The notes under the pieces were generated by a model. The model made no database searches. It was not told the DNA's origin and was given only the letters and a program-made list of their open reading frames with translations. 64,000 nucleotides of DNA from Nageia nagi (taxonomy: Eukaryota > Plantae > Pinophyta), in assembly GCA_050084985.1 (NCBI GenBank), contig JBITNC010000002.1, positions 15,810,001-15,874,000 of the forward strand, read 5' to 3'. Of this stretch, positions 12,566 through 25,583 are shown one piece after another (position 1 is the stretch's first letter; the number at the start of each line of letters is the position of its first letter). Position numbers and translations under genes: made by a program.

Positions 12566-13585
12566 TGTAATGTACCTTTCTAGGGTTTATCCAAATTAGT
12601 ATTCATTTCCACTTTAATTCTCAAATTAAGGCATTAATAAACATGCTCATAAAGCATCCAAAATATGCACTCATTCTAGAATATAACAACAATAACTAAA
12701 TCTGATATAAAGCACCCATAACATATGAACAAGACCAAAACTAGGGCACAAATCAAATCTATAACATAACAAAAATATAACTCCAAAAGTACTCAATTTG
12801 CATGCATTCCCATACATAATAAAGATAGAAGCATAGCAGAAATATATAGGAACATGCATTCACATTCAATACGCAATATGAGAGCTAATATTATCAATAA
12901 TGAACCAAGATTAAGTATAGTATTGTAACGAGTTCTAGGGTAAATCCCAAGATTTAAGAATGCTCAAACTAAATTCCTCAAGGTTGATGCATGTCCCAAG
13001 AAGGCTCCCAAGCTAGGCGCAACTCTCAAGATGTCTCCCAATGGCTAGTGTAAGCTTCCAAGTGGTAATAATGATAGGTGTAAGCTCTCTAAGAGCTATA
13101 GAAGTGTAGATGAGCCACTTCTAGGCTAGGGATGGGAGCATCCCTAAGATCTAAATTATTAAATATTGAATGCACAAGATTATGACTTCAAGTGATGCTC
13201 TAATCATCTTTATATAGGTGACTATACCTTGAAAATACCAATACTTATTATCTTGTCTGACCTTTAAATAAAACATATTTCTTCTAACTAACTTTCCCTT
13301 GCTGATTCTAGCATGCGTAATGTTCAGATACTAGCTTGACTGGTGAACTTCAAAATGCAATATCTCCCTCATTTGTTTATGAAACCATATTATGTAAGTT
13401 GTCAAAATAATTGACATAATATTCTCCATCCATTTCAAAAGACAAATTAGTAATCCCAAACTTGTGATGAAAGTTATGCCTTCTACATAATTTGGTAAAT
13501 AAAGTACTCCTAATTTAAGTAATAAATATCATAATAAATAGGCATGAGGGATGACATATAGATGTCCCAAATTGGATATATTACA
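12566..13585 (-). repeat. 3' LTR of Gypsy B (~1.0 kb)
   Basis: TGTAATG...TTACA termini; aligns to 17569-17753 and 25589-26483. Confidence 0.9.
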
Positions 13586-16500
13586 AGTCCTCCCTTCTCA
13601 AATTGCTTGCCCTCAAGCAATTCTAAACATATCCCAAATTGATGCTTGTCTCCTTGCCTTGTCTTCAAGTGTATTAAGTTTTCCAAATGTTCTAAGTGAC
13701 ACTTGTCTTCATGATCATACTTCAAGTGTACTAGCAAATGATCCTCAAGATGATCCCTTGATGACATCAAGAGTACGTAATCATGGAGGCAATTATCCCA
13801 AGGTATAGATGTGAGATGTTGATGATGCATTACTGTTTAACCTCCCATTTTATTTCATACTCCAAAATTAATCACAAAGCTTTGTTGCCTCAAAAATGTA
13901 AGGAATCATAACTAATGAAGGATGGACCTAATTTGTCTTGTAAATGAATAGAACTAATTTTGTGATCATAACATAAGAAGAGTATCTTCCACATGTTTTC
14001 TTCATATCAGTACTTAAGGTTGGACTCCTTTGGCAAATTGAACTACACTAAGAAAGGTTAATTTTGATCTATAAATCAATCAATAATGGATTAATTTTTG
14101 AGTCAACAAACTATGGTAAAAACATTGGGAAGTCCATCTCTTTGTTGGCAAAATCAAGATCCATGTATGTTATCATATGAAGTATCTTCTTGGCATCATT
14201 CAGAGTATATTCTTTGCAAATATGTTCAACACATACTCTTATGTTTATCAAACATATATATAAGTATATATGACTATCAATATGTCCCATTGGTGAATTA
14301 TTTCCTTACTACCCATAAAATGAGTGCAGTAAAGGTGGATCCTTTACTCTTATCATCTCATCAACTTTGTTAGGTGAGATATGGAATTCAATCTTACAAA
14401 TGACCTCTATTACATCAAGCAATAGGAGCATACTAATCATCAACCATATTATCCCATATCTTCTATCATTATCATCAAAAGGGAAAGAATAAAATTGATC
14501 ATACTATTGTTGTAAAAACTAGATATGTAAGCATACCTTTGGTGCACATACTGGTGTCCAAATTTGAATATGTGTCATATTCAAGTGTGTCTCTTATGTT
14601 CATAAGTGATGCGTATTTTGGAGTGTAAAGATGACTTATTTATGACTTGAATATGTATTAGTTTTCCTTTACCCTTACTAAAATTTGGTGTAATGTAGCA
14701 GCCCTCTTGATAAATTTGAATGCAACAATCATAAGAAAATCAAACTTGATGTGGAATGTAATTTTTGATGCCTTACTAATCAATCAATATGAAGCCAATA
14801 ATGTTTCCAATCCTAAATATATGTTGATAAGTGACATAAAAAATATGTCTTCCCTAGTAGCTCTTATTGTGCCCCATAATGGGAGCATGTGCAATATACA
14901 TGTGAATCCATCTTCTAGCACTCCATAATTGTTCCTTATGGCCAAACCAAAATGAGAAATTAAACATAATGCATTATTATCATAAGAACTATGTTCATAC
15001 CTTCCTTGAAGATTCCTTTTACTATATTTTATTTACAAAGTGTGCTTGATTGATGTAGAATCCCTTTTTCTCTCTCCTTAGCTATTATAGTCCCCATAAT
15101 TCTTCTTTATAGTGAGTACTATGGAGCTTGTTGTTGTCCTATTTTTGATTGTGTAAAAGTGGTTAGGGCTATTTTCTTAAACATGATCTTGCTTTCAACA
15201 TTGTATTCATAAGGTGCACTTGTAAGGCTTCCTTTCCTTTGCATGTAGCCCATATTTATGTGACCCAAGAAGATGGATGTGAAACCAATGTGGTGTTATT
15301 AAAATCAGTCCTTGTGTAAGGCATAGATGGATCATTCTTTGTTTCCTAGGTGTTACTTTGACTCCTTTCCAATGTGGTGTCATGATCATACTTTTTTAGG
15401 ACATGGTTGCTAACTCCATAGTTGCCATCTTGGTCAATCTTCAAGGTATTTTTTGTGAGGATGTTATGATTACTTTATAATCCTTCTAATGTGATTTTCT
15501 TTCCTTGTTCAAAGAATCTTATTTTTAACTTTTGGTAATTATATTGGATACCTCCTAAATGGTATGACTATTCGATTCCCAATATGAGGTGAGGAAATCT
15601 ATCCATAGGATAAGTATAAAAGTTTGCTTTTAGTGTGTAGTTCTTAAAGGGGATTCCTAGATATTTGACCATCCCATTGCACCCAATATAAAATACTCTA
15701 GCATTGGTAACACTAAAGGGATAAACTTCTATCTTCTTCAAATTTTGTCTAAAAGGATAAATTCCTCATCCATGAAATTGTTTGTGGTTTATTTTCTACT
15801 AGTGCAATGATGCATTCTTCTTGTAGATGTCTTAATTTGAGAGTAATATATTTGGGGATTTCAATCATGTGATGAAATTTAACAAACCAACCATGGTTTT
15901 TACTACTTAGTGAGTGTATATGAATCATTTGTTTGTATTTGCTAAACATGGTCATCCAAAGAAGAGAATTGAAACATAAGAGGTTGCTATTATGGGATTG
16001 AAATGGGTTGTCATACCTATTGAAAATCTTTGAGTTTAGTTGTCCATTAACTTAATGTTGTAGCAAGGATTGTTTTTTTTAGTGGTATGGTATCTTTCAC
16101 TATATAGGCAACCAAATATGTCTTTGCAAACATGGATTGTGCTAAGAGATGTGGGCATGTAAATCAACATCTTAACTTCCTCCTTTATCCTTACAATTTT
16201 TCACATTGTGAACCCAAAGAAAGAAATTAAACAAATGTGTTGTTGTTACAAGAGGAACTATCATACTTCCTTGAGGTATTCATGTGCTGATCATAACATG
16301 TGCTTTTTAGCTATTATTCCAAAACAAAGTTAGTACTGTATATAAATGGTTGAAAGTATTCATCCTTCATGTTTCCAAAGCTTAGATAACTCTTCCACCC
16401 TCACGTCCCAACTAAAATTATTTTTATTATGAGTTTTCAAACTCATGTGTAATAACTATGGTGGTGGAGCATTATCTCCAAAGTTCTTTAAAGGTCCTAT

Positions 16501-17753
16501 AGAAATGAAATGAATTCCTAGTAAACCAAAGGCTAGCTTACCATAGCTTATGTCTTTTTTTCCTTCTTGGCTTGCTATTATAGTGAAAAATTCCTCCTTA
16601 TGTTCCAATAGTGAAGTATCTTTATAGTGCTTCTTCTTAGAACTGATCAAAGCATCACCTTCATCCTCCCTTTTCAAAGCAATGTCCCCTTCAATTATCA
16701 CATCTTCATCATAATGCTCATGTACTAATTCATTTTTTGTAATGGTATGCATTCCAAAAGAATCATATTGTGAAACTAAGCATACCTTATGCATTAAATA
16801 TTTTGTTGCATTTGTGATAGCTTTTCTCTTGTGAGAGGGTTGGTAAATATCCTTTGAACTATCCTTTGATGTTAGAGATGATATATTTTGAAAGTATTAA
16901 ATATATACTTCCATGGTTGTAGGAGAGGAGTATGATTCCCTACATATCATTACCTTGCTAAGTTGTTGTCTCTTCTTTTTGAACTGTTCTTGAAGTTTTT
17001 GATCAAAGTCCTAAAATGTTGTAATCTTCTTTTGCCCTAAATTGATGGAGTCAGTATGCCAACATTCATGTGCAACATCCTTAAGGTGGAGTGATGTGAA
17101 GTGGATGGAATTTTTTTCATTCATTGGACCAAGGGTAAATTATGTTCTCACTTTTTATAACCAAGCTTCAATTCAAATGTTATTCCCATTGAACATCGAC
17201 ACTTCTAGTTGCTTGTAGTACTTGCTTCCTTAGTTAATTTTTTTTCGAAAAAATTTCAAATATCCCTTAAATGAAATCGCTTGTCTAAATTCATCACTTT
17301 TTGCTTGGTATTGTGTAAAAAATTTCATCCATATTATTCTATTGATTATTCTTTCTTTCTTACACTTGCAAGAACATGGGTGACAAGTGAGCAGCCATTC
17401 GTTGTGTATGGACAACAAAACTTTAGATCCTTTGATGGAGTTAAGAGAGTCCATCAAATGTGTTCACCAATTGAGCTAGTAAATCAACCATAGACTTCAA
17501 TTATTCTTGAGGAATTTTCATATTTTGAATCTTGCAAATGTTGGTAGGATTTAGAGCTTTGATACCACTATAATGTAACTTTACAGGGTTTATCAAAATT
17601 AGCATTCAATTTCACTTTAATTCTTGAATTAGGGCATCAATGAACATGCTCATAAACAATCCAAAATATGTGCTCAAATTGGAATGTAGAAATAGTTAAA
17701 TATGATATAAAGCACTCATAACATATGAACAAGATCAAATCTAAGGAATAAAT

Positions 17754-18196
17754 TAAAGAAATTAACCCTTTTTGAATTATCTTCTAATCTCTAAATATCT
17801 CAAGAAGGCACTTTCAACATCAACACAATAGCACAATAACTAAATCCAATCACATAAATAACATAAGATATAAAGTGGTTATTCTTCTTATTCTCAAGGA
17901 CCTCTCTTACAGAATCTCTTCTCTCTCTCACACTCTAAACCTATAGCAAAGCTTGCATTACAATTGTGTAACTAGAGAAGGGGAGGGTTCTTCTCTTTAT
18001 ATAAGAAGAAACCCACTCTATAATTAATCCTTTTTCTATTTTTAATCCTTTACCTATTTTTAAACTCATACTTATTTTTAATCCTTCTCCTATTTTTATT
18101 CCTTTAATACTTTAAGGTATCTAATGATACTTTAAGTATTAAGTGAATTTACATTAAGGAGAAATATTAAATAATATTACACTACAAATTCTAACA
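17754..18196 (-). repeat. 3' LTR of Copia C
   Basis: Near-identical to 25112-25583 apart from a ~30 bp deletion. Confidence 0.93.
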
Positions 18197-19249
18197 CTCT
18201 TCCTTAATGTAATATTAGGATAGAGCGTAGAGAGAAGAAGAAAAATAGAGTAAGAGAGAGTTCTCCTCCAAAGAGATATAAGCAAAGATGAAAATTTTAC
18301 ATCATTGAGAAATAAGCAAGATGTATGTTGAGACTTATTACAATATCATTTAACAAAATGGTTTACAATACAATCATTAACCACAACTAGTTTCATTGTA
18401 AGTGTAGTTGATCAACTCTGAGTTGACATATGAGCCTCCATGAGCCTGTCCACATGAAGTAAGTAACCTACACTCTCAAGATGAAACCTACAAGCTATAA
18501 GCAGCTCATAAACAAGATCAGTTAGATGCATCATATAATATTCATATCAAGCACAAGATAAATGAACTAAGTAATGCCATCTATAAACTGATTAATGATT
18601 CACTATAAATCACCATGAAGATGCCAAGCCAATACTTATATTCATCTACTATATATAGAAACATGTGTTGATCAATAACAAAAAAATATATTTGCATATA
18701 TAAGTTACTCATATATGGATAACCAAATAGTGCTAACAAACACATACTGATTCCTCACATAGTGATAACAAAATAAAATGTACCATGAGTTCCTCACATA
18801 AAGTGAACTAACCATGAAGGTATACATTTAGATCAACACTATACAGCTAAATAAAGCCTCATAGGGATGAAGTTCTCATCATAAATATGAATTCAACCTT
18901 CACTCCCCCTTAAGGACAACTTCACTACCATAAGAAAGTTTCAAAGTGTGCACAATAAAGTTTCTAATGCAGCTAGTGAATAAATTAGGAGAGACAAAGT
19001 CAAATGAATAGAGCTACAATTATTGCATCAATAACTTTCTCCCAAATTTATAATGTGCTTAGATTTGAGGTACACTATAAGTCATCACTAATATGCTAAG
19101 CCCATACTTATAGTTATCAAACAAAGGAATGTATAAACAAAGTATACAAACTAAATAAAAATTCATAAACTTTATTAAGAAAGAATTTACAATGGATTCA
19201 ACAAGAATTCAATATTCACTCCCTTTTTAGGGCAACTTCACCAATTCAA

Positions 19250-22200
19250 TAGAATCCCTATACTTACATAACTGAGCTTCAGTAAGGGGCTTGGTGAACA
19301 AATCAATAGAGTTTAGGATTGATGGACAATACTGCAAGTGTAGAAGAATATCTAGAACCTTCTCTTTAATGCAGTGGGATTGGATTTCTACATGCTTTAT
19401 TCTCTAATAAAAAATAAGATTATTTGACAAATCAATAGGTAATTAATTATCTAAATAAATTTATGATGGATGAACTTATTCATACCCTATTTATTTCAGA
19501 AGATACCTCAACCAAATGGCTTCTTAGGCTACAACTGATATTGTAAGATATTCAACCTCAATGGTGAAGAGAGCAATAATAGGCTACTTCTTGGATGCCC
19601 AAGAAATTGCACCTAAACTAATGCTAAACACATAAGCAAAGGTTGATTTCCTATCATCTCTATCTCTCCCATAGTCAAAATCTAAGAATCTTGAGAGAAC
19701 AAATGAGGGCAACTTATCATACTTGAGAGCAAGATCCTTAGTGCTCGCAACATATCTCAAAATTTTATTAATAGCATTAAAATGCTCAACATATGGCTTT
19801 TGTATAAAGCAAACCATCAAATTCATGGTAAAGGCAATATCTAGCCTAGAGATAGTCAAATAAAAAAGACTACCAATTAGTTATTTGTAAGTCATAGCAT
19901 CTGCCAACTGAGAGTTGACACTAAGAGACAAAGTGATTCTAAAAGAGACTAGGATTACAGCATGCTTGCACTCCTCCATCCCAAACTTTTGCAAGAAATC
20001 TAAGATATACTTTGATTGACTAAGGTAAGTACAATCTTTGTATTGGTGCACTTACATACTAAGGTAGTAGTGCAATAAACTAAGATTAGTCATTTCAAAA
20101 GTTACCTTAAGTTTGGATATGCAATCTTGTATGAGGACCATATTATTCCCTATAATCAATAGATCATCCACATAGAGAAGAATCAAGATCAAGTCTTGTC
20201 CTTGGTTGAGCACATAAAGATCTAAATCATAAAAGCATTTAGAAAACCTAATATCCTTAAAATATTTTTGTACCAAGCCCTTAGTGCTTGCTTAAGTCCA
20301 TACAAAGACTTCTTTAAATTGCACATTAAAGATTCTTTACCTTCAACAAAAAACCCTTTTTGTTGATTAATGTAGATTTCCACACATAAGTCACCATCAA
20401 GAAAAGCACTCTTAACATCAAGTTGTAAAACTTTCCATCTCTGAGCTATTGAAAGAGCAAGGATTACCCTAATAGCAGGCATCATTTTTATTAGAGAAAA
20501 GGTTTCCTCATAATCAACTCCATATTTTTAAGTGAAACCCTTAGCTACTAACCTTGCTTTGTATTTATCAATCTTTCCAACTAAGTTATATTTGACCTTA
20601 TAAATCCATTTATTTTCAATCACATTACGTTCATTAAGATAAAGAACCAAATGCCAAGTTTGATTCTTCATTAGAGCCTCATACTCTATATTCATTTCAT
20701 TCATCTAGCACTCATGCTTTGAAGCTTCTTTATAGGATGAGGGCTCATTCTTGCAATAAATTTTGGTAAATAAAGATTTATCAATAGTCATACTTCTTAT
20801 TATCCTTTATGTTGGAGAGATTTGTTCCTTAGATGATAAATCCACACTAGCATCCAACCAGATAGGAGCAATAGAAGAATCATCACCCTCATCAAGGTTC
20901 TCATAAGAACCAGACTCTTTAAGTAGTTCATTCAACTTTACATCCCTTGACATAAATATTGCACGAGGATAAGGTTGATATAGCCTGTAGCCTCTATGCT
21001 AATCATCATAACCCATAAAAATACACTTTTTAGATCTCTTATCAACCTTCTTCCTTTTCTCAAGAACAACAAAGGCATAAGCATAATAACCAAATACCCT
21101 TATGCTCTATAAGATATGCATAAATCTATATGCATAATCTGAAGAGGCTAAGTTTCTCTGGTTGCCTTATCTTTTGAAAACTTTTATTGATTCATTATAC
21201 CTAGAATGCAGTTCTCACAAAAACCAATTGTAGGTCATATTATAAGAAAACCTATCACAAGTTCATGATCTTTCATGACTTGAATATTCTTATGGTTTAG
21301 GTGGCCTAATCAATGGTGCCAAAAATTACCTCTAGAATAAACATTTATTGCAAGGCACTTCTTTGTTGGAGATTGATCCATAATGTAAAAGTCATCTTGC
21401 ACTAAACCTTTCACGAAAGTGGCAAGGCCCTTTTTCATGCACCAAGAGTATGAGTTAAACTCAAAGGAGTAACCCTTCCTTCCAACTTGAATTACAAAAA
21501 GGAGATTCATAGTGAGCTTAAGCATATAAAGCACATTCTCAAGAATTTTCTTTTGTATCAACACATTTCCAATACCTTGAACTTCAAGGACTGAACTATC
21601 ACCTATCAAAACACATGTGATTAGTGCATCCAAAATCAATAATCCAATCATTTTTCAAAGTGCGATACTTGGAGTAAAAGGTAGCAACATAATCAAATTT
21701 CTTATTCTTCTTATTATTAGATTTGTTTGATTTTTTAGATCTTTTTTCACTTTGATCTTTATTTATATTGAAGCAATCAACTTCCTTATGACCATAGCAG
21801 TTACAAAAATTACAATTTTTATCAGATTTGGCTTTGATTTTCTTAGACTTACCATTATCATAATTCTTCTTATTCCCACCATTTTTGAAATTCTTATGAG
21901 CATAAGAACCCTTTTTTGGTTATGGTTCTTTTTGAAGTGAGATTTCATTGGACCAAGTGCCACATATGGCTCTTTAGGAGTGGTGATCAACATGTTATTG
22001 TTAAGTATTTCCTCATGCTTCAAGACAAGCCTTGATAGATTTTTCAAGGAGAACACTTTTTTTCATCATCAAGCCTAGTTTCAATAATAGTCACAAACTG
22101 ACTAAACTTAGCAGAGAGACTTTAAAGGATGATGAAAGTTAGAAACTCATCATTGATCCAATTACAACCAAACCCCACAAGCTGAGTCTTAAGGTTAACA

Positions 22201-22573
22201 ACTTTATTCAGATAAATAGCCACACTCTCATTTTCCTCTTGACATGATTGAACCAACTTCTAAAGAATGGTGAACCTCCTAAAAAATTTAATACTAAGGT
22301 AGATACTCTTTAGTTTAGCCAAAGCTTATTTAGTGGTATTTGAAGAATATATCATGAGAAGGATCTCATTTTAAATTGCATAAAAGATCATAGAAGTTGC
22401 CAAATCATTCTTAGTATTATAAGCTTCAAGTTCCTTCTCCCCAAATGGAGCAACTCGATTTTTATTAACAATCATCTAAAGTTTTATGCCTAAAGTTTTG
22501 CCTTCATCCTAGGTTCTCAAATACCATAGTTGGAACCATCCAAGATATGCTTGGGTGCAAAAGAGTCTTCCAT
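19250..22573 (-). pseudogene. Degenerate gag-pol of Copia C
   Basis: ORF fragments at 19584-19859, 20052-20485, 21310-21651 and 21763-22056. Confidence 0.9.
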
Positions 22574-24056
22574 TGCTACAAAATAATATGAAGAAGATAA
22601 ATAATGTAAGCATACATGTTGCATTTAAAAATAAATACATGTTTAATAAAAAAACTAACCAACAAATCAAATGTTTAAATTATTAACAAGAATAATAACA
22701 TACATCCAACATCTTTGTCACCAAGTATAACCAAAGAAAGGGAAAAATTGAGGCTTATTTTTTTGTCTAAAATTAGGCCTTCACCCGGATGCCTGCAAGG
22801 AGCCTAGGTCCTACCAATCCTCAACTAGTTCCCCTTCGGCAATGATATAATCTCATAAGAAGAAGTACAAGCTATTTTTCAAAGTTGTGATGTATGTTGG
22901 ATTGGCCAAATTAATTATCTTGATTAAGTTTTTAGTTTTTCTCCTAGGTTATTAGGATAATCCTTGAATGGACAAGCGAACATGTGGTATCACTACACAC
23001 ATGTCTGTCCACCTATATGAACTTATGTCCAAACCAACATAGGACTTAGGTGCAATTAAGAAGTATGAAATTTTCACCACTCGGATCATCAAATTAAAAG
23101 GCTCTAGTCCATCCTATCCTTACCTCATGGCCCCCTAAACAAGTCATGTTGTGGAAGACATGCAGATGTGTTCATTTGAGGGGGGAGCAATTTTTAATGT
23201 TTACATACTTTGCATATAAAGTAAGATTGCAAAACAAATAAAGTGCTTTGAAAATGAAACTACATCCCACATCATCCATACAAATAAACTAAAGAGTCTA
23301 ATGGGTTATGTTACAACCAATAATGGAATTCTTTACACAAATTTTATTAATTTTAAGTAACAATAAATGATCCTAAGAGTCCAATGGGTTTTGTTACAAC
23401 CCCTAATGGAACTCTTTACAAAGGTTCATTATCAAAAAATGAGGAATTCTCCCCCTTGTTATTTAAAAAAATAGACTTAAAATAATTCCTTATTTACAAT
23501 TTAACATAGCATTCATAAACAAGTATATAAGTGAATTTTATCCAACCACATGTATAAAGTCAAAATAATAAACCATGCATTAAATTTTTTTTATCCATTT
23601 AGCAATATGCATTAGGATAAAAAATAATGCAAAAAATTATCCAACTAAATGTGAGCAATAAACATGCATTAAAATAAAACAACATTAAGCTATGCATTCA
23701 TAGCATTAATTCATTCATGTATAATTAATTAACATTAATCCATGTATAAAAGTACTAATCTATGCACAATTAATCTACATTTATCTTAATGGCATGCTAA
23801 AAAAAATCTCTAAAATAACTTGTACTTAATGTAAGAAGATAATATTTGCAAATAAAGAACTACTTAAAAATAGTCCATTCCTAAAAAAAACACACACCTT
23901 TCTAAAATAAAATTCTTCCAAGGAGGAGTTAAATATATATTATATATCCCCTTTTAAAACTATTTTAAAAAAATACCCCTCAAAATAGATTCTCCTTCTT
24001 TTTCTAAAAAACAAGGTTCTCTTTAAAAAAAAACTTAAAAAAGAACTATCTAAAAA

Positions 24057-24060
<4 letters not shown>

Positions 24061-24099
<39 letters not shown>

Positions 24100-24121
24100 C
24101 TTAAATATATATATATATATA
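24061..24121. repeat. (TA)n microsatellite in the leader of Copia C
   Basis: Directly visible, with one interruption. Confidence 0.95.
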
Positions 24122-24189
24122 TTTTATTTTTTATTTAGATATTTATTTATTTTTTTAATAAAAAAATAATAGGGGGATTCGTAAGCTGG

Positions 24190-24512
24190 CCATCATGTGC
24201 AACCCTAAAGGGATGCATCACTTGGCCATTATGCACAACCTCCCTAAGGGGGCACATCGATCAGCTATCGCACGCAACCCCTAGGGGAGGAAGCATAGGC
24301 TATTGTCATGTGTAACCCCCACCAAGGGGAGCATTGGTTGCCATCACATGCAACCCCCACCAAGGGGAAGCATCAGCTACTATTGAATGCAACCCCCACC
24401 AAGGGGAAGCATCAGCTACTATCGCATGCAACCCCCCAAGGAGGAGCATTGGCAGGCCTGCTGCACATAGCCCCCATAGGGGCATGTCAGCTGGGCTACT
24501 GCATATCCCCCA
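24190..24512. repeat. GC-rich ~38-39 bp tandem repeat (8-9 units) in the leader of Copia C
   Basis: Unit like catgcaacccccaccaaggggaagcatcagctactat; it explains the repetitive ORF at 24308-24754. Confidence 0.9.
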
Positions 24513-25111
24513 AAGAGTTGGGGTTTTGGGTTTTTTTTTTTTATGTTTTGTGTTTTAAACTTAAAAAAATAAAAAAATTATATATATATATATATATTAA
24601 AATACAATTTTTTTGTACAAATTGTAAAAGATACAATTTTTTTATTTTTAAATACATAATAGTAATTTTTTTTTGCAACAATAGCATTATAGATAAAAAA
24701 AAAATTGCAAAAATTTTACCCACTTCTATATTAAGTAAAAATTTGCAAATTTAAGCTATAATAACCTTTTATTGCTAAATTTAAGCAAATTTACTTAAAA
24801 CATATTATTGCTACACATTAGGCAATTTTACTTAAAAAATTGCAACTAATAAACTAAAATAATGCATAACAATAACATAAATTAAACTAACATGTTAGTA
24901 TACCAATATTTTATCTACTTTAATCAAATTTTTCTAGACTTATCCTCATCATCATGGAACCAAAAAGGTTATTAATAAAAATAAATTTGACAAAGAGGTA
25001 GGAGATTATACCTTCAAACCCTTTTACCTCAACAAAGTAGATGGAGAAAGAGATGGAAAGGACCTTCAGAGATGTTGAAGAGGAGCCTCCAAGAAAATCT
25101 TTGATACCACT

Positions 25112-25583
25112 TGAAGAAAGTAACCCTTTCTTAATTAACTTCTAATCTCCCAATATCTCAAGAAGGCACTTTCAATATCAACACAAGAGCATAAAAACTA
25201 AAGCCAATCACATAAATAACACAAGATATAAAGTGGTTCCTCCCTCCTTAGGAGTACATCCACTAACTAAGATCTTATTTTCAAAGACCTCTTTTACAAA
25301 ATCTCTTCTCTCTCACATACTCTAAACCTATAGCAAAGCTTGCATTACAATTGTGTAACTAGAGAAGGGAAGGGTTCTTATCTTTATATAAGAAGAAACC
25401 CACTCTATAATTAATCCCTTTTCTATTTTTAATCTTTTACCTATTTTTAAACTCATACCTATTTTTAATCTTTCTCCTATTTTAATTCCCTTAATACTTT
25501 AAGGTATCTAATGATACTTTAAGTATTAAATGAATTTACATTAAGGATAAATATTAAACAATATTACATTACAAATTCTAACA
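25112..25583 (-). repeat. 5' LTR of Copia C
   Basis: TG...CA termini; adjacent to the reversed PBS. Confidence 0.93.

Larger units (their letters stand above)
17754..25583 (-). mobile_element. Ty1/Copia element C, inserted in the 5' LTR of B
   Basis: LTRs at 17754-18196 and 25112-25583; TSD taaat/caaat; reversed PBS at about 25098-25109. Gag, protease (WIIDFGCTNHMC), RT (QLDVKSAFLDG, YVDDLL) and RNase H (DRDDRKST, AISWASKK). Most of the integrase core is missing. Confidence 0.93.

Noticed and set aside
24190-24512. CRISPR-like array
   Set aside because: Contiguous tandem units without unique spacers, inside a eukaryotic retrotransposon, with no cas genes.
24308-24754. 148-aa ORF as a gene
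   Set aside because: It is the translation of the tandem repeat plus low-complexity AT DNA.
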